This document shows positions 59,608 through 64,000 of a stretch of DNA of 64,000 bases, in pieces. Source of the stretch: Spirochaetota bacterium (GTDB lineage Bacteria; Spirochaetota; UBA4802; JAFGDQ01); NCBI GenBank assembly GCA_043803405.1, contig JAZDKB010000015.1, positions 32,001 to 96,000 of the forward strand, given 5' to 3'. The stretch's first letter is position 1. Each line of letters starts with the position of its first letter. Made by a program: the position numbers and the translations under genes. Below the pieces are notes generated by a model. That model was not told where the DNA came from and ran no database searches. It was given only the letters and a program-made list of their open reading frames with translations.

Positions 59608-59991
59608 ATGTCGGTCAAAACACTGCAGGGAATTACAGGAGCATTCTTTATTATCCTCGGATTAATGGGAATTTTACCGGGTGTGGATGAAGGCATTTTC
59701 TCTCTTAATAACAGAAGATTATTTATTGAGGTCATTTTTGGCATTGTTGAACTCTTTTGCGGTTTCATTATGATATATGGGCTGTTTTCTCACATACAAA
59801 AGCACACATTGCATAAAGCAAGCATGGTGGTTTTGATCTTCTGGCTCGTAAGAATTATTCTGTCAGTTTTCATCTGGGGAATGCCCTCCGTCATTACTGC
59901 CGATTCCGGGCTGAACTGGCTGCTGCTTATAAGCGTTGAATTGATTGTCGCATCTGCTATCTGGCTGTTGGCAGTAACTTACAAAAGATAA
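59608..59991 (+). CDS. Hypothetical 4-TM membrane protein
   Basis: Four hydrophobic segments, GGGGG RBS. Confidence 0.7.
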   Translation: MSVKTLQGITGAFFIILGLMGILPGVDEGIFSLNNRRLFIEVIFGIVELFCGFIMIYGLFSHIQKHTLHKASMVVLIFWLVRIILSVFIWGMPSVITADSGLNWLLLISVELIVASAIWLLAVTYKR

Positions 59992-60285
59992 CCAGTTTAA
60001 GAATTAGATTTATTTAAATTCAATACGATGAACGACATTTTATAAAATACAGATAAGCTTACTTTACAAAATACTATATTTATCAATTACAAGACAAAAC
60101 CCTAACATTGTATTAAATATTATTGACACAATTGCATTATTCTTTTTAATTTAAAACAATAAAAATCGGGCGTATTTTATTGACTATAATCTTTAAAATT
60201 ATTATGTTTATGAGGGAAATTATATTTTATTTTCAGCTACTCAATTCCTGACATTCACACAGATATAAAAGAATAGGAGGATAAT

Positions 60286-61017
60286 ATGAAAATAATATCG
60301 GTTTTCATTGCTCTTTTAATATCGCTGATTTTTACCGGCCAGAATTTATATGCTAAAATTGTTGTTGAAGCCACAAAAGGCGAAGCTGCATACAAGCAGG
60401 GAAATCAGTGGCTTCCTTTAACAAAAGGGCAACCGCTTGAGGAAGGAGCCAAAATAAGCACAGGCGCAAAATCATGGGTTCTGTTGAATATTGACGGCGA
60501 CAGCGTAAAAGTAAATCAATTAACAATGATGAAAATATTCAGAAACAGGCTGTCCGCAGGTACAAAGGACACCAATATAGGTTTAAAACACGGCAGCTTA
60601 AAAGCAAGAATCGGAAAGATAGGTACATTAAAAACAAATTTTAAAATTACAACTCCGGTTGCTACTTCCAGCGTCCGCGGAACTGAAGAATTCAACAAGA
60701 ATGGCGCAAAATCCGGTAACTTCGTGCATGCTCCGGCAGGTACGCTTACGGTTGAAGACAGGAACGGGGGTTCTTACTCTCTCACTGGCAACTCGGCGTT
60801 CAACATAGGCCCGAATGACCCCAGGCCGCAAAATCTTCTCTTTAATTTATCCGGCAGATCGCTTATCCGTTTAATCAATCCAAACTCAACCGATACTGAA
60901 AAAGGATCGGCGGAATTTTCGGGTTTTGACGCATTTACAGGTAATGATAATCCTGTGGGATCAACACAACGAAACAGCGCAGGCCCTTCATCTGTTAACT
61001 TGCAAATTGAATGGTAA
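60286..61017 (+). CDS. Exported FecR-domain protein
   Basis: Signal peptide, G..L.EG..I.TG..S, F.ITTPVATSSVRGT. AGGAGG RBS. Confidence 0.85.
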   Translation: MKIISVFIALLISLIFTGQNLYAKIVVEATKGEAAYKQGNQWLPLTKGQPLEEGAKISTGAKSWVLLNIDGDSVKVNQLTMMKIFRNRLSAGTKDTNIGLKHGSLKARIGKIGTLKTNFKITTPVATSSVRGTEEFNKNGAKSGNFVHAPAGTLTVEDRNGGSYSLTGNSAFNIGPNDPRPQNLLFNLSGRSLIRLINPNSTDTEKGSAEFSGFDAFTGNDNPVGSTQRNSAGPSSVNLQIEW

Positions 61018-61030
61018 AGGGAGCTTATTA

Positions 61031-61492
61031 ATGAAAAAAATTTTACTTTATATAATATCAGCCTGTATTCTTACCTCCTCTCAGTTGTCGGCTCAAAATT
61101 TACAGAGCATTGAATTTATTAACAATGTTGCAGATAAAGACAAGGCTCTATATGCAGATGGCATCAATTTCTTCATGCTTGTCACAGGTAAAAAGATACA
61201 ATCCTTTGAGGAAAATATAAGAGTTCTGAACCGTGAAGGCATAACAACAGGAATAACCTTAACAAAAAATTCCCCGCTAAGAAGAGGCGCTCTTGCGCTT
61301 ATGCTTGCCAGGTACCTGCGTCTTGGGGATTCGTTATTTTATAAAATATTCGGAACAGAGAGATATGCCTACAGAGCGTGCGCTGCAAATAAATTAATGA
61401 GCTACGATGGAAGCGAATGGGAGACATTAAGCGGCGGAGAGCTGATTGAAATAATGACCAATGTTTCCGAACTGACCGGAGGTAATGAGTGA
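61031..61492 (+). CDS. Exported hypothetical protein (possibly SLH-like)
   Basis: Signal peptide from ATG 61031, PLRRGALALML...SLFYKIF..ERYAYR...LSGGELI. Confidence 0.65.
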   Translation: MKKILLYIISACILTSSQLSAQNLQSIEFINNVADKDKALYADGINFFMLVTGKKIQSFEENIRVLNREGITTGITLTKNSPLRRGALALMLARYLRLGDSLFYKIFGTERYAYRACAANKLMSYDGSEWETLSGGELIEIMTNVSELTGGNE

Positions 61493-62880
61493 AAATCAAA
61501 ATAATTTTTATTTGTGTCTTAATTTCTGTTATTAATATTTCCCTTTATGCACAAGTAAAGAAACCAGCGAAACAAACTGAGGACACATATATCCCTGAGT
61601 TTAGGGCAGAAGACAACATGAAGCCGCTAATTGCAACGCCAGAACCTTTCACAATAAGTTACGGCGGCTGGCTTACGACTGCAATAATTGATAGCAGAAG
61701 CGGAACCACAAGCTCAACATCTGAAATTATGTCTTCTGTAACCCTTGCCAGAGTTTGGTTAAAGACTACTCTGCCGTATAACAGCTATATTTATTTAAGA
61801 GGTAAAGACATATATACATATTATATAAAAGATGATGATTTGGATCTAGATAATGAAAACGACATAGACCTTGATGCAGGCTTTTTTTATATGTCCCTAT
61901 TAAAGAACAGCATTAATTATTCCGTAGGAAGAAAATTTTATTTGCTTGGAAGCGGGCTTGTTTTTAACGGCAGAGGGGATGGCGGAGAGTTTAACTTTTA
62001 TTCTAAATATGCTGATTTGATGGTTTTTGGCGCGTACACGGGGCTGCTCAGTAAAGAGACGAATCCGTATCGCCTTACTTCACAATATTTTACAAATGAA
62101 GAAAGCAAAGATGAAGGGAAAAGAATATTTGCAGGCGGCTTAATAAGCAAAACTTTTTTAAACCACACTTTATATCTTTTAGGTCTCTATCAAACCGATA
62201 AAAACGATGAACCGGACAATGCTAATACAAGCTATAATTCGCAGTATTACGGTTTAGGATTTAAAGGCGTTTTCAAAAATGCCTTCTACTATGGCGAATA
62301 TATAATAGAACGCGGGGAAAGCTTCACTAATTCCTCCGGCAGCAACGAAAAACAAAGCATAAAAGCATCGGCAGCAATACTCAGCATGAATTATTATTTT
62401 GATATAAAACTAAGTCCGGCAATTCTCCTGCAATATGCTTACGGATCGGGTGATTCCGATAAAGACAATCCGTCATCGCTAACAGGAAACACCAGATCCG
62501 ACGACAAAGGATTTATTTACTTCGGCAATTATTCTGGTGGCTACGGGCTAAGGCCATATCTTTCAAATATACATATTTACAGAGCAGGAGCGGCAATATC
62601 TCCTTTCAGCGATTTCAGCAATATCATCTTTAAAAGAATAAATATTTCAGCAATCTACTCAAATTATCAGAAAGATGTTTCAAACAAAGGAATCAATGAA
62701 GGCGAAGCTACAGAACCAAATAAAGATTTGGGGCATGGCTTCGATCTTGGACTTGCATGGCAAATCTATTCCGACCTCTCATTCTTTGGAAATTTCGGAT
62801 TGTTTATACCCGGATCAGCATACGCATCCGGAGAAAAGAACAGAACATTTATTATGGCCGGAATCAATTTGTCGTTCTAA
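61489..62880 (+). CDS. Outer-membrane beta-barrel (alginate-export-like)
   Basis: Signal peptide, Tyr/Gly-rich amphipathic strands, YAYGSGD.D, F.PG.AY, terminal GINLSF. GTGA overlap with the previous gene. Confidence 0.75.
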   Translation: MKIKIIFICVLISVINISLYAQVKKPAKQTEDTYIPEFRAEDNMKPLIATPEPFTISYGGWLTTAIIDSRSGTTSSTSEIMSSVTLARVWLKTTLPYNSYIYLRGKDIYTYYIKDDDLDLDNENDIDLDAGFFYMSLLKNSINYSVGRKFYLLGSGLVFNGRGDGGEFNFYSKYADLMVFGAYTGLLSKETNPYRLTSQYFTNEESKDEGKRIFAGGLISKTFLNHTLYLLGLYQTDKNDEPDNANTSYNSQYYGLGFKGVFKNAFYYGEYIIERGESFTNSSGSNEKQSIKASAAILSMNYYFDIKLSPAILLQYAYGSGDSDKDNPSSLTGNTRSDDKGFIYFGNYSGGYGLRPYLSNIHIYRAGAAISPFSDFSNIIFKRINISAIYSNYQKDVSNKGINEGEATEPNKDLGHGFDLGLAWQIYSDLSFFGNFGLFIPGSAYASGEKNRTFIMAGINLSF

Positions 62881-62903
62881 TAATTTTTGTTACTTAAATT
62901 TAC

Positions 62904-62927
62904 AAAAGCCGGCATACACCGGCTTTT
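62904..62927. terminator. Bidirectional intrinsic terminator
   Basis: AAAAGCCGG-CATACA-CCGGCTTTT between convergent genes. Confidence 0.8.
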
Positions 62928-62970
62928 ATTTTGCAAAAACTTAAATTAGATTTTCAACAGTAAAAACAAA

Positions 62971-64000
62971 TTATTTGCTCGTCATTTTATAAACGCCGTC
63001 CCAGTCTTTTGAAGGAGGCCTTCTGATATATTTCTCGCATCTTTCAATATAATACAAGGAAGGTCCGTCATCCTTAACTATTTTTAAACCCTGCTGGAAA
63101 TATGAAATTGCGCCTTTCCAGTCTCTCTTTGCGAAATACTCCTGAGCCTTATTATATTTTTCCATCATTGCATACATTTTATCCGGGAGCTTGTCTTTCT
63201 CTCCAAGGAGTTCATAAATAACAATAGGTTCATCCTTGCCCACAACCCTTATGGTATCGAGCCTGCGAACATCAATTAAATCCTTTACAGAATCGTATGT
63301 AGAACCACTGATCATAGCATAAGTGCTGTACACTTTATTAACTCCCTCAAGGCGCGAAGCGAGATTTACTGCATCACCCATCGCAGTATAGCCCATTTGA
63401 GTGTTTGAACCCATATTCCCGACAACCGCTTTCCCTGAGTTCATTCCCATTCGCACATATAAAACATCTTTATTGTTTTTTTTCCACACTTCCTGCATTT
63501 CTCTTAAACGCTTCTTCATATCAATGGCAGCCATACAGCATCTGCGGGCGTGATCTTCATAAGGAAGAGGCGCTCCGTAAAAAGCCATTATAGCATCACC
63601 AATATACTTATCAACAGTGCCGTTATGCGACAAAATTATATTAGTCATTTCAGATAAATATTCATTAAGCAGGTTGACAAGTTCCGGCGGAGTCAGCTTC
63701 TCGGAAATCGTAGAAAACTTAGCGATATCTGAAAAGAAAATGGAAATAGTCTGCTCTTCACCGCCAAGTTCCAGAGCTTTGGGGCTTTCTATTATTTTAT
63801 CAATAACCGCCGGGGCAAGGTAACGTGAGAATGCGTTTTTAATATAGCGTTTCTGGCCTTCCTCCTTCATCAGCTTCATACCTGCAATTACGAAAGACGG
63901 CAATAATACGGCAAGGCTTCCGCCAAGCTGATCGAACCAGATATTAAATAATCCGAATAAAGAAATATTTATAAAATTATAAATAATTATTCCTGCTACA
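62971..64000 (-). CDS. Membrane class III adenylate cyclase (likely CHASE2-type), 5' part beyond the window
   Basis: FFSDIAKFS, DKYIGDAIMAF, GDAVNLASRLE, TPR-like C-terminus ending WDGVY. Frame stays open with TM residues to the right edge. Confidence 0.92.
   Translation of the reverse strand, partial: VAGIIIYNFINISLFGLFNIWFDQLGGSLAVLLPSFVIAGMKLMKEEGQKRYIKNAFSRYLAPAVIDKIIESPKALELGGEEQTISIFFSDIAKFSTISEKLTPPELVNLLNEYLSEMTNIILSHNGTVDKYIGDAIMAFYGAPLPYEDHARRCCMAAIDMKKRLREMQEVWKKNNKDVLYVRMGMNSGKAVVGNMGSNTQMGYTAMGDAVNLASRLEGVNKVYSTYAMISGSTYDSVKDLIDVRRLDTIRVVGKDEPIVIYELLGEKDKLPDKMYAMMEKYNKAQEYFAKRDWKGAISYFQQGLKIVKDDGPSLYYIERCEKYIRRPPSKDWDGVYKMTSK

Noticed and set aside
114..63823. Many short antisense or overlapping ORFs in the supplied track (e.g. 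3231-3869, 26777-27349, 38498-39115, 10682-10870, 15615-15797, 39611-39835)
   Set aside because: They are shadows of real genes or read-throughs of repeats, with no RBS or motif support.
1..64000. tRNA/rRNA genes, transposases, selenocysteine or frameshift recoding
   Set aside because: None detected by eye. tRNAscan-SE and Infernal were not run, so small RNAs could be missed.

Overview
AT-rich bacterial chromosomal window, apparently from an anaerobic diderm. My tentative guess is a free-living spirochaete-like lineage, based on kdsD, an MCP, a FecR protein with an adenylate cyclase, a dual cyclophilin-FKBP and a large HEAT-repeat protein; this is an inference, not a placement. About 55 CDSs: housekeeping (rapA, tex, ileS-lspA, xseAB-kdsD, ABC-F, RluA-type), signalling (two hybrid PAS kinases, diguanylate cyclase, MCP, class III cyclase), redox (rubrerythrin-like, pirin, glutaredoxin plus FTR-rubredoxin), a pdaD-speB-DHS-like polyamine operon and an MNT-HEPN pair. 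I saw no rRNA, tRNA, CRISPR array, integrase or transposase. The intergenic DNA is unusually rich in structured repeats. The most striking is a dispersed family of about 14 short hairpin modules at 10.7-15.8 kb. Their stems covary while the loop stays A(N)GGA, matching the CsrA/RsmA binding consensus, and one cluster looks like a CsrB/RsmY-type sponge sRNA. Also present: a GCAAGC-capped multi-hairpin element with a second remnant copy, GTAG REP elements, three gene remnants, a HEAT-repeat pseudo-cyclase, and a FecR/small periplasmic protein/beta-barrel operon. All family assignments come from motif recognition by eye; no database searches were run.
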